This document shows positions 48,526 to 57,373 of a DNA stretch of 64,000 nucleotides, one piece after another. A program made the translations under genes and the position numbers. How positions within the stretch are numbered: the stretch's first letter is position 1; each line of letters opens with the position of its first letter. Origin of the DNA: an uncultured Actinomycetes bacterium (GTDB lineage Bacteria > Actinomycetota > Thermoleophilia > Gaiellales > JAICJC01); assembly GCA_963757605.1 (NCBI GenBank), contig CAVWSF010000002.1, positions 146,619-210,618 on the forward strand, given 5' to 3'. The notes under the pieces were generated by a model. It saw only the letters and a list, made by a program, of their open reading frames with translations, was not told where the DNA came from and did not search any database.

Positions 48526-49008
48526 ATGCAGGAGATGAGCATCTACGGCGTGTCGTTCGACATGGTGGGGAAGCAGCCGATCGTTCTCCTGCGGACCCTC
48601 GACGGGACGAAGTTCCTGCCGATCTGGATCGGCCACCCGGAGGCGGCGGCGATCCTCATGAAGCTCCAGGGCACGCCCACCCCGCGGCCGATGACGCACG
48701 ACCTCGTCACCGACATGCTGGGCGAGCTGAACGCGAGCGTGGCTCGGGTGGCGGTCACCGAGCTGCGCGAGAACACGTTCTACGCGCAGATCACGCTCCA
48801 GGTGAACGGCTCGGAGATCGAGATCGACTCGCGCCCGTCCGACGCGATCGCCCTGGCGGTCCGGGCGGACGCCAAGATCTTCGTGGCCGACGAGGTGATC
48901 GACGACTCGGCGATCGAGTTCAACCAGGAGCCGGAGGACTCGGGCGAGGTGATCGACGAGTTCAAGAAGTTCCTCGAGAACGTCACCCCTGAGGACTTCG
49001 GGAACTGA
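48526..49008 (+). CDS. Bifunctional nuclease family protein (DUF151/BFN)
   Basis: Motifs PIVLLRT..FLPIWIG..EA, RPMTHDL and RPSDAIALAVR. TATACT is at 48511-48516. Confidence 0.85.
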   Translation: MQEMSIYGVSFDMVGKQPIVLLRTLDGTKFLPIWIGHPEAAAILMKLQGTPTPRPMTHDLVTDMLGELNASVARVAVTELRENTFYAQITLQVNGSEIEIDSRPSDAIALAVRADAKIFVADEVIDDSAIEFNQEPEDSGEVIDEFKKFLENVTPEDFGN

Positions 49009-50074
49009 GCGATCGCCCGATGACGACACGCTGGATCTCGGCGGTCCCGTCGACCACCTGCAGCATCTTGGCGAGCGCGATCATCCGCGCCAGCGGGTGG
49101 TCGAGCAGCCAGCCGTAGGCCCCTAGCGTCTCGCTGCAGGCGATCGCCGCCCGCAGGGCCGCGTCGGGGCAGAACCGCTTCGCGTGGGCGACGGCCACCG
49201 GCCCGTCCGGCGTCCCCAGGCACTCAGCCGCCCGCCGGTAGAGAAGCCGGCTCGCCTCCAGATCCGTTGCCACATCAGCCAACGCGAACTGGATCGCCTG
49301 AAGGTCGATGAGCGGCCCTCCGAACGCCTGCCGTCGGCCAGCGTAGGCGACGGCGATGTCGAGCGCCTCCGCGTGCAGGCCGGCCGCGATGGCGGCGATG
49401 TCACAGCGGGCGACGTCGATGGCGCCGAGCGCCGCGCGCATGCCGGCACCCGCAGGCGCGAGCATGACCGCCGGTGCGCCGTCGAGCTCCATCTCGCCGA
49501 TCGGCAGGAAGTCCGCGCACGCCTTCCGGTAGAGGGTCGGGAACGTCACGCCCGGCCCCGCTCCCTCGACGGCGGCGATGGCGATGTCGCGGTGCCCCGG
49601 CTCGGCCGAGGTCTTGCACACCACGAGGAAGAGGTCTGCCTCGCCGGCGAGCGACACCCAAGCCTTTCGCCCCGTCACCCGCCAGCCGCTCCCGTCGGGC
49701 TCGGCGCGCGTCGTGATCGCCGTGGCGTCCGAGCCGGCGTGCGGCTCGGTGAGCGAGAAGCCGCCCAGCGCTTCGCCGGCCGCGAGCGGCCGCGCCCACT
49801 GCGCGGCCAGCTCGGCGTGGCCCGCGATCGCCGCCGCCACGGCGTTGTGCATCGAGAGCGAGAACGCGAGCGCGGCATCGCCGCGTCCCAGCTCCTCGAA
49901 CACCGCCATCCCGTCCGGATACGACAGCACCGCCCCGCCGACATCCTCGGGGCAGAACAGGCCGGTGAGCCCCGAAGCGGCGACGACGGCGCGGGGATAG
50001 CGCGCCTCGCGCTCCCAGGCGTCGACCGCCGGGATCACCTGCTCGCGTGCGAAGGCAGCCGCCCGGGCCTGCAT
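48983..50074 (-). CDS. Acyl-CoA dehydrogenase family protein
   Basis: Motifs FSLTEPHAGSD and a C-terminal ..GTAEIQRVVIGR. ATG 50074 lies within ORF 48983..50155. Confidence 0.85.
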   Translation of the reverse strand: MQARAAAFAREQVIPAVDAWEREARYPRAVVAASGLTGLFCPEDVGGAVLSYPDGMAVFEELGRGDAALAFSLSMHNAVAAAIAGHAELAAQWARPLAAGEALGGFSLTEPHAGSDATAITTRAEPDGSGWRVTGRKAWVSLAGEADLFLVVCKTSAEPGHRDIAIAAVEGAGPGVTFPTLYRKACADFLPIGEMELDGAPAVMLAPAGAGMRAALGAIDVARCDIAAIAAGLHAEALDIAVAYAGRRQAFGGPLIDLQAIQFALADVATDLEASRLLYRRAAECLGTPDGPVAVAHAKRFCPDAALRAAIACSETLGAYGWLLDHPLARMIALAKMLQVVDGTAEIQRVVIGRSLSSRSPQG

Positions 50075-50146
50075 GGCGGCGGATGATATCGACCGCCTTG
50101 CCCTCGCGGATAGACTCCGGCCACACGGCCACGGGAGGCGATCGGA

Positions 50147-50494
50147 ATGCCCCACAATGCCAGCCAGTGGTTCGCGCAGCGCTCCGTCCAGGGCGTGGGC
50201 GAGGACGGTGCCGCCGAGCGCGTCACCATCTGGATCGAGCGCAAGCCGGGGGCCGTGTGGGCTGTCGGCCGCGCGATCGACCTGGCCCAGCGGACGAACG
50301 GCGCGATCCGCGACGACGACTACGTGTTCGAGGGGTTCGAGATGGGCGACGCGCTGAAGGCGGCCAACGACGCGCTCGCCTCCGATCTCGAGGTGTCACT
50401 CGGCGACGGCCGCGTGCAGAACATCCAGCCGTTTGCCGAGCCGGAGCTGCTCCAGCCGCTGGAACGCTGGTTCTTCGGGCACGCGCCCAGCTAG
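50147..50494 (+). CDS. Hypothetical protein (115 aa)
   Basis: GGGAGG lies 8 nt upstream of the ATG and GC3 bias is strong. No family recognised. The TAG stop lies inside the inverted repeat. Confidence 0.55.
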   Translation: MPHNASQWFAQRSVQGVGEDGAAERVTIWIERKPGAVWAVGRAIDLAQRTNGAIRDDDYVFEGFEMGDALKAANDALASDLEVSLGDGRVQNIQPFAEPELLQPLERWFFGHAPS

Positions 50495-50697
50495 ATGAGT
50501 GATTCCACGCCCCCGCGCGCCTGAACGTCGATTTGTGGTGGGTTGGCGCTGTGTGGCGGGGCTGCGGCTGCGAACCTTCGAATCGCTGCGTCCTCGGTCG
50601 GGCCAATATCACCCGATATTGGCCCTCCCTGCGTCCTTGCGCTACTCGGTTCTCGCCGCCCAGGACATCACGGGGGCGTGGAATCACTCATCTAGCT
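50489..50697. repeat. 209-bp element bounded by 27-bp perfect inverted repeats (MITE-like or structured RNA candidate)
   Basis: AGCTAGATGAGTGATTCCACGCCCCCG at 50489-50515 is the exact reverse complement of 50671-50697. An internal 11-bp hairpin GGGCCAATATC-ACCC-GATATTGGCCC lies at 50600-50625. Confidence 0.85.
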
Positions 50698-51961
50698 ACC
50701 CCGTCGCCGTCACGACGAGCAGGACGACGTTCATCGCGATCACGATCAGCGAGACGCCGATCGCGAGCGCGCGCACGACCGGCCCGTTCACGAGATCGCC
50801 CATCACGTCGCGGCGCGACGTCAGCCACACGAGCGGGACGACTGCGAAGGGCAGCACCAGCGACAGCACGACCTGGCTCGCCACGAGCGTCCGCAGCGTG
50901 TCGGCGCCCGCGCCGATCACGATCAGCGCCGGGATCATCGTGATGAGCCGGCGGATGAAGACCGAGACCTGCCAGTTCATAAAGCCGTCCACGATCATCT
51001 GACCGGCCATCGTGCCCACGGTCGACGACGAGAGGCCGGATGCGAGCAGGGCGATCCCGAACGCCGCCGGCGCTAGCGAGCCGAGCAGCGGGCCGAGGGT
51101 TGCGTGCGCGTCCTCGATCCCCGAGATGTCGGCGCCGACGTGGAAGAAGACGGCGGCCGCCATGATCACCATCGCCGAGTTGATCAGGAACGCCCCGTTC
51201 ATGGCGAGCCCGATGTCGATCAGCTCGCGCCGGAAGTGTTCGCGCTTGTTCTCGCCGTCCAGCATGTGGGCGCGGTGCTGGACCAGCCCGGAGTGCAGAT
51301 AGACGACGTGCGGCATGACGGTCGCGCCGACCATGCCGACCGCGACGTACACGGCGCTCGACTGGATCCCCGGCACGAGCATGCCGTGCAGCACGCCGGC
51401 CGGATCGGGGTTCGCCATGAAGATCTCGACGACGAACGCCGCGCCGATGATCGCGACGAACGCCATGATCGCGAGCTCGAAGCGCACGTGGCCATAGCGC
51501 TGGACGGCGAGCAGGGCGAACGAGACGACGGCCGTCAGGAGCGCCGACGGCAGGAGGGGGATCCCGAACAGGATGTGCATCCCGATCGCCGCGCCCAGGA
51601 ACTCGGCGAGGTCGGTTGCCATCGCCGCAGCCTCGGCCGAGAGCCAGAGCCCGATCCGGGCCCGCCGGCCGGTATGGGCACGGATCGCCTGCGGCAGGGT
51701 CAGACCCGAAGCGATGCCGAGCTTCGCCGAGAGCGACTGGATGAGGATCGCCATCAGGTTGGAGGCGACCAGCACCCACAGGAGCAGGTAGCCGAAATCG
51801 GCGCCGGCCTGGATGTTGGTGGCGAAGTTGCCCGGGTCCATGTAGGCGACGCTGGCGACGAACGCCGGGCCCAGGAACGGCAGCACCCGCTTGACGCGGG
51901 CCCACGGGGTGCTGATGTGCGGCGCCGGCGCGACGGCGGCGCGGACGGTGTGCGGCGTCAA
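50696..51961 (-). CDS. mntH: Nramp-family divalent metal (Mn2+) transporter
   Basis: Motifs AYMDPGNFATNIQAGA and MPHVVYLHS, with about 11 TM helices. The TTG start overlaps the mntR stop (TTGA). Confidence 0.9.
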   Translation of the reverse strand: MTPHTVRAAVAPAPHISTPWARVKRVLPFLGPAFVASVAYMDPGNFATNIQAGADFGYLLLWVLVASNLMAILIQSLSAKLGIASGLTLPQAIRAHTGRRARIGLWLSAEAAAMATDLAEFLGAAIGMHILFGIPLLPSALLTAVVSFALLAVQRYGHVRFELAIMAFVAIIGAAFVVEIFMANPDPAGVLHGMLVPGIQSSAVYVAVGMVGATVMPHVVYLHSGLVQHRAHMLDGENKREHFRRELIDIGLAMNGAFLINSAMVIMAAAVFFHVGADISGIEDAHATLGPLLGSLAPAAFGIALLASGLSSSTVGTMAGQMIVDGFMNWQVSVFIRRLITMIPALIVIGAGADTLRTLVASQVVLSLVLPFAVVPLVWLTSRRDVMGDLVNGPVVRALAIGVSLIVIAMNVVLLVVTATG

Positions 51962-52614
51962 GCCGTCACCTCGACGCCGATCCGCTCGGCGAGCTCGACG
52001 CCGACGGCCTGCTGGGTCCCGCCGACGTCCAGCGTGAGTGGGCCGCCGAACGGCGCCTTCTCGACCATCGTGAAGCGCGTGGAGGGCACGAGACCGAGGC
52101 CGGCCAGGTAGCGAAGCAGCGATGGGTCGCCGTCGGGCACCTGGCGCACGACGGCGGCCTGCCCCGGCTCGAGCTCGGCCATCCGCTGCGCCGGCTCGGC
52201 GGCGATCACGAGGTCGGCGGTCGGGATGGGATCGCCGTGCGGGTCGGTCGCGGGGTAGCCCAGCACCCGGTCGATCTCGGCCTCGAGCTCCTCAGAGAGG
52301 ACGTGCTCGAGCCGCTCGGCCTCGGAGTGCACCTTGTCCCACGAGAGGCCGAGCGTCTGGGTGAGGTAGACCTCGAGCAGCCGGTGGTGGCGCAGCACCT
52401 CGAGCGCCACCTTCTCGCCCTCCGGGGTGAGCATGACGCCGTGGTACTTGCTGTGCTCGACGAAGCCGAGGCCGGCGAGCTTCTTGACCATCGAGGTCGC
52501 CGAGGCGGCCGAGACGCCCATCGCGTCGGCCAGGGCGGACGTGGTCGCCTTGCCGTCGCGGCGCTCGAGCAGATAGATCTGCTTCATGTAGTCCTGTCCG
52601 GCGTCGCTCAACAT
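51958..52614 (-). CDS. mntR: DtxR/MntR-family metal-dependent transcriptional regulator
   Basis: The wHTH is TTSALADAMGVSAASATSMVKKL. The metal-binding helix region is HHRLLEVYL and a C-terminal FeoA/SH3-like domain follows. Confidence 0.85.
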   Translation of the reverse strand: MLSDAGQDYMKQIYLLERRDGKATTSALADAMGVSAASATSMVKKLAGLGFVEHSKYHGVMLTPEGEKVALEVLRHHRLLEVYLTQTLGLSWDKVHSEAERLEHVLSEELEAEIDRVLGYPATDPHGDPIPTADLVIAAEPAQRMAELEPGQAAVVRQVPDGDPSLLRYLAGLGLVPSTRFTMVEKAPFGGPLTLDVGGTQQAVGVELAERIGVEVTA

Positions 52615-52652
52615 CTAAATCGCAATTTAGACGCGGCGAAACTGAAATTCAA
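52615..52652 (-). promoter_or_regulatory. Sigma70-like promoter (TTGAAT-17-TAAATT) with overlapping AT-rich palindromic operator for mntR-mntH
   Basis: The minus strand reads TTGAAT (52652-52647), a 17-nt spacer, then TAAATT (52629-52624). The palindrome TCTAAAT-N4-ATTTAGA (52615-52632) abuts the mntR ATG. Confidence 0.5.
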
Positions 52653-53479
52653 GCGAGAACGCGAAGCCGCGGCAGCCCCTCGGGCAGCGCGGCCGCCTCG
52701 CGCCCGGTCCGCTCCAGCACCTGGAGCGCCCGCGCGCCCTCCTCGCCCAGGTCGAGCGTGTGCTCGGTGACGTAGAGGGCGACGTAGGGCCAGATCACAT
52801 CCTCGCTCAGCTCCTGGGCGTAGCGGCGGATCGTGACCAGCGCCTCGTCGCGATGCCGGGTGGCGTACCCGATCGAGTCGCGCAGCACGGCGGTCACGGT
52901 GTCGGCTGTGCCATCCGGCAGGTCGAGCCGGGCGACGACCCCGCCCAGCGGCACAGGCGCACGGGCGAGGTCCTCGAACGATGCGCCCAGGTCCTCGACG
53001 AGCCGCAGCCCGTCGCGGCGGTACGTGAGCCGGCCCTCGTGGATGAGCACGCCCAGGTCGGCGGCATCACGGTGAAGGGCCGGGCCGATGTCCGAGAAGA
53101 CCGCATGCTCGATCCGTGCGCTGTCGGGGTGCAGGCACCGGTAGAGGAGGGTGGCGGTCGTCGTCGGGCCGGGGCAGAGGACGCGCGCCTCGGGCGAGGG
53201 CCACACCCCGTCGCGGGCGGCGACGATCAGCGGGCCGACGCCGAACCCGAGCGCCGATCCCGCCGGGAGCACGCCGTAGCGGTCCGCCAGGAGCAGGGCG
53301 GCGTGGAAGCTGGCCTTCGAGACGTCGTAGCGGTCGGCGAAGAGGCCGTCGTTGAGTGCCTGGACGTCGAGCAGCTCGGGCTCGAACTCCAGTCCGCGCA
53401 GGTCGATCTTGCGCTCCAGGATCGCGTGGAACGCGAACGTGTCGTTCGGGCACGTTGAGAGGCCGAGGCGGACCTTCAT
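52649..53479 (-). CDS. mqnD: 1,4-dihydroxy-6-naphthoate synthase (futalosine pathway)
   Basis: N-terminal MKVRLGLSTCPNDTFAFHA is typical of MqnD (VitK2_biosynth family). The ATG overlaps the mqnB stop (ATGA). Confidence 0.75.
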   Translation of the reverse strand: MKVRLGLSTCPNDTFAFHAILERKIDLRGLEFEPELLDVQALNDGLFADRYDVSKASFHAALLLADRYGVLPAGSALGFGVGPLIVAARDGVWPSPEARVLCPGPTTTATLLYRCLHPDSARIEHAVFSDIGPALHRDAADLGVLIHEGRLTYRRDGLRLVEDLGASFEDLARAPVPLGGVVARLDLPDGTADTVTAVLRDSIGYATRHRDEALVTIRRYAQELSEDVIWPYVALYVTEHTLDLGEEGARALQVLERTGREAAALPEGLPRLRVLA

Positions 53480-54039
53480 GCCAGCTCCAGGACGCGGGCC
53501 CGGACCGCGCTCAGCGCGTCGGCGAGCCGCCAGCCGGCGTGGTCGCGGTCGCCCGCGACGTTCGAGGCCCCGCGGACGATCCGAAGCGGGACGCCGAAGA
53601 GCGACGCGGCGGCCGCGACCGCGAATCCCTCCATCTCCTCCGCCAGCGCGCCGGGGTGGCGCTTGGCGCGGGTCTCGGCCTCTTCGCGCGTGCCGGCCGC
53701 CTCGGCGACCGAGAGGAGCTCGCCCTGCGTCCCGTCCAGGAGGATCACGTCGGCCTCGGCGAATCCCAGCTCGGCGGGCGTCGCTCCGCCGGCGCCGATG
53801 CCGTCGATCCGCACGGAGCCGGCGTCGACCGCCGCACCGATCGCAAGCCGCGCCGGGTCATACGTGCCCGCCGCGCCGGCCAGAACGACGCCCGCCGCGG
53901 CCTCCGCCGGGTGCTGTGCCATGGCGTGCGCCGCCCCCGCGCCCGCCGCGGCGAGGCCGAAGCCGCACACGCAGACCGGACCGGGGAGGCCGTCGCCCAG
54001 CAGGGTGGCCTCGGCGGCGGTGGGGACAAGGATGAGCAT
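53476..54039 (-). CDS. mqnB: Futalosine hydrolase (PNP/UDP nucleosidase family)
   Basis: Motifs MLILVPTAAE, EEMEGFAVA and RGASNVAGDRD. It is adjacent to mqnD. Confidence 0.7.
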   Translation of the reverse strand: MLILVPTAAEATLLGDGLPGPVCVCGFGLAAAGAGAAHAMAQHPAEAAAGVVLAGAAGTYDPARLAIGAAVDAGSVRIDGIGAGGATPAELGFAEADVILLDGTQGELLSVAEAAGTREEAETRAKRHPGALAEEMEGFAVAAAASLFGVPLRIVRGASNVAGDRDHAGWRLADALSAVRARVLELA

Positions 54040-54042
54040 CCC

Positions 54043-55005
54043 CTACGTGATCTCGACCATCCGCCGGATCGCGCCGCGGGCGCGGGCGGCCAGCTCGGGC
54101 TCCACCGTCACCCGGTATCGCATCTCGAGCAGCGAGTCGCGAAGCTTCTCGAGCGTGATCATCTTCATGTACCGGCACACGGCCCGCTCGCTCATCGCGT
54201 AGAAGCGGGCGTCCGGCGCCTCCTTGCCGAGCCGGTGCAGGATGCCCGTCTCGGTCGCGACCATGAACTCCCGCGCCGGCGACGTGCGCGCCCGCTGCAC
54301 CATCCCCTCGGTCGAGAGCACGTGCGTGCGTGCGCCGAGGGCCGGGTTCTCGCTCGCGGCGTACATGCACTGGCTGGCGCAGCCGCACTCGGGGTGGATC
54401 AGGAGCTCGGCGTCGGGGTGGTCATCGAGCGTCTTGGCCACGTCGTCGGGCCGGATCCCGGCGTGGACGTGGCACTCGCCCGGCCAGACCTTCATCTTGC
54501 GGCCGGTGACGCGCTCGAGATACGCCCCGAGGAACATGTCGGGAAGGAAGAGGATCTCGCGGTCTGTGGGCACCGCCTCGATCACCTGGCGGGCGTTCCC
54601 CGACGTGCAACAGTAGTCCGAGAGCGCCTTCACCTCGGCGCTCGTGTTCACGTAGCTCACCACCACGGCGCCGGGGTTCTCGTCCTTCCAGCGGGCCAGC
54701 GCCTCCGCGTCGATCGACGCGGCCAGCGAGCACCCGGCGTCCAGGTCGGGGATGAGGACGGTCTTCTGGGGCGCGAGCACCGCCGCCGTCTCGGCCATGA
54801 AGTGGACGCCGCAGAAGACGATCACGTCGGCCTCCGTGGCGGCCGCCTGCTGGGAGAGGCCCAGCGAGTCGCCGACGAAGTCGGCCACGTCCTGCACCTC
54901 GGGCACCTGGTAGTTGTGCGCGAGGAGCACGGCCTTGCGCTCGGTTGCGAGCGAGCGGATCTCGTCCTGCATCCGCCCGGTCATCGATGCGGTCATGACT
55001 GCCAC
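54043..55005 (-). CDS. nadA: Quinolinate synthase
   Basis: Motifs LLAHNYQ, GVHFMAETA and HPECGC. 320 aa. Confidence 0.92.
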   Translation of the reverse strand: MAVMTASMTGRMQDEIRSLATERKAVLLAHNYQVPEVQDVADFVGDSLGLSQQAAATEADVIVFCGVHFMAETAAVLAPQKTVLIPDLDAGCSLAASIDAEALARWKDENPGAVVVSYVNTSAEVKALSDYCCTSGNARQVIEAVPTDREILFLPDMFLGAYLERVTGRKMKVWPGECHVHAGIRPDDVAKTLDDHPDAELLIHPECGCASQCMYAASENPALGARTHVLSTEGMVQRARTSPAREFMVATETGILHRLGKEAPDARFYAMSERAVCRYMKMITLEKLRDSLLEMRYRVTVEPELAARARGAIRRMVEIT

Positions 55006-55835
55006 GGGTGTACCTCCAGCGAGACGTCGAGTGCGGTCACCGAGTGGGTGAGGGCCCCGATCGAGATCGCGTCGACGCCGGTCTCGGCGACGGCGCGGAC
55101 GGTGTCGAGCGTGATCCCGCCCGAGGCCTCGAGCCGCGCGCGGCCGGCCGTGCGGGCGACCGCCTCGCGGAGGCGGCCGGGATCCATGTTGTCGAGCAGG
55201 ATGGTGTCGGCGCCGGCTCCGATCGCCTCGTCGAGCTGGCCGAGGTCGTCCACCTCGACCTCGACCGAGAGCTCCGGGCTACCGGTTCGCGCGGCCTCTA
55301 TGGCCGGAACGATGCCGCCGGCGATGGCGACGTGGTTGTCCTTGATGAGGATGGCGTCGTCGAGCCCCATGCGGTGGTTTCGGCCACCGCCGCAGGCGAC
55401 GGCCCGCTTGTCGAGCGCCCGCAGCCCGGGCGCGGTCTTGCGCGTGTCGAGGATCACGGCGCCCGTGCCCGCCACGGCGTCGACGTAGGCCCGGGTGGCG
55501 GTCGCGATGCCGGACATCCGCTGCACCAGGTTGAGGCCCGTGCGCTCGGCGGTTAGGACGGCCCGGGTCCGGCCGCGGATGCGGGCGACCGTCGCGGGCG
55601 GCGCGGCCACGACGTCGCCGTCGGCAGCCAGGCGCTCCATCTCGGCGCCCGGGTCGAGGAGCCGCACGCACGCCAGCAGCTCGGCCAGGCCGCAGACGAC
55701 GCCGGCCGCCTTCACGACGACGGCCGCCACGACCTCGGCATCGACAGGGACGATCGCCTCGGTGGTGACGTCGCCCGTGCCGAGGTCCTCGGCGAGCGCG
55801 CGCTCGATCACGTCGTCGGCGATGCTGCTACGCAT
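54993..55835 (-). CDS. nadC: Nicotinate-nucleotide pyrophosphorylase (carboxylating)
   Basis: Motifs LDTRKTAPGLR, GGGRNHR, IKDNH and LLDNM. Confidence 0.92.
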   Translation of the reverse strand: MRSSIADDVIERALAEDLGTGDVTTEAIVPVDAEVVAAVVVKAAGVVCGLAELLACVRLLDPGAEMERLAADGDVVAAPPATVARIRGRTRAVLTAERTGLNLVQRMSGIATATRAYVDAVAGTGAVILDTRKTAPGLRALDKRAVACGGGRNHRMGLDDAILIKDNHVAIAGGIVPAIEAARTGSPELSVEVEVDDLGQLDEAIGAGADTILLDNMDPGRLREAVARTAGRARLEASGGITLDTVRAVAETGVDAISIGALTHSVTALDVSLEVHPWQS

Positions 55836-57309
55836 GGCTCGGCCGCCTCCAGGGCCGGGTCGAGGTCGGGGCAGTCACGCCGCAGATGTGCCCCGCGGCT
55901 CTCTCGCCGCTCCAGGGCGGCGGACGCGATCAGCGCGGCGGCACGCACGGGGTTCGACTCGGGCTGACCGTCGAGCCACGTGAGGAGATCCTCCAGGCCG
56001 TCGTGGTCGCGGACCGGGCCCGCGCCCGCCCACATCCGCCGGCGCAGCTCCTGGAGCCGGGCCCGGGCGAGCGGCCGCTCCGGAGCCGGCCCGTCGGGCG
56101 CGTCCAAGGGGGAGCGTCGAGGCCGCCCGCCACGGCGCGGTGGGCGAAGACGAAGCATTCGAGGAGCGAGTTCGAGGCCAGCCGGTTGGCGCCGTGAACG
56201 CCGGTGCAGGCGCTCTCCCCGGAGGCGTAGAGGCCGGCCAGGTTGGTCGCGCCGTCCAGGTCGGTGGCGATGCCGCCCATCAGGTAGTGGGCTGCCGGCG
56301 CCACCGGCACCGGGTCGCTGCACAGGTCGATGCCGAGCCGGGCACACCCCTCGACGAGGTTCGGGAATCGGCGTCGGACATTGGTCGCGTCGAGGTGGCG
56401 GAGCGAGAGGAAGCTCGTCTGCCCACGTTCGAGGCGGGCCTGGAGGACACGCGTCACGACGTCGCGCGGCGCGAGCTCGGCGTCGGGATGCTCGGCCGGC
56501 ATGAACCGCTCGCCGGCGGCGGAGACGAGGTGGGCGCCCTCGCCGCGCACGGCCTCCGAGACGAGGAAGGCGCGTCCGCCCGAGGCGACCGCGGTCGGGT
56601 GGAACTGGACGAACTCCATGTGGCGTACGCGCGCGCCGGCCCGGTGGGCGAGCGCGATTCCGTCGCCGGTCGCGCCGGGCGGGTTCGTCGTCCGCGAGTA
56701 GAGCGCGCCGGCGCCGCCGGTGGCGAGCAGCGTCATCCGCGCTCGCACCGGCACGAGCTCGTCGTGACCGAGCACCCACGCGCCCGCGCACGCCTCGCCG
56801 TCTCCGAGAAGGCCGATCGCGGCGGCGTGCTCGACCACCTGCACCCGCTCCTCGCGAAGGACGCGCGCGATCAGGGCCGAGGCGATCGCTTCGCCGGTGG
56901 CCGCGCCGCCGGCGTGGAGGATCCGGTGGCGGCTGTGGCCGCCCTCACGCGCGAGCTGCGGGCGGCCGGCCTCGTCGCGGTCCCACTCGACCCCGAGCCG
57001 CTCGAGGTCCGCCACCCGCCGGATCCCGTCGCGGACGAGCACGTCCACGGCAGCGGGGTCGGCCAGGCCGCGCCCCACCGCCAGGGTGTCGGCGCGGTGC
57101 AGGGCTGGGTCGTCGTCCTCGGCCGTTGCGGCCGCGATGCCGCCCTGGGCCATGTACGAGTTCGAGGACTGGAGCGAGCCCTTGGTGACGAGCGTGACCC
57201 GTGCGCCGCGCGCGGCAGCCTCGAGCGAGGCGTAGAGCCCCGCCAGGCCGGCTCCGACGACCAGGACGTCGGTGCGGTGAGACCATCGTTCACGCACGGC
57301 GACGCGCAT
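55808..57309 (-). pseudogene. nadB: L-aspartate oxidase, interrupted by a frameshift at a 5-nt G/C run
   Basis: The N-terminal about 400 aa (DVLVVGAGLAGL .. GANRLASNSLLECFVFA) read in the frame of ORF 55930..57405. The conserved C terminus (LQELRRRMW..RESRGAHLRRDCP) reads in the frame of ORF 55808..56791. The frames switch near GGGGG at 56108-56112. Confidence 0.75.
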
Positions 57310-57336
57310 ATTAGCCGAAGTGACTAAAACCCGCTG

Positions 57337-57362
57337 GGAATGGACCGCAGGGGCGTGACGTT
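57337..57362 (+). promoter_or_regulatory. SigR/SigH-type promoter (GGAAT-N18-GTT)
   Basis: GGAAT is at 57337-57341, followed by an exact 18-nt spacer and GTT at 57360-57362. The GTT ends 11 nt before the sigma-factor ATG. Confidence 0.6.
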
Positions 57363-57373
57363 CACCAGAGAGG

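Noticed and set aside
46449-50155. A possible genomic island integrated at the tRNA-Ile gene (tag, decarboxylase, DUF151 nuclease, acyl-CoA dehydrogenase).
   Set aside because: I saw no integrase or recombinase, no direct repeat of the tRNA 3' end, and GC content and codon bias indistinguishable from the flanking core genes.
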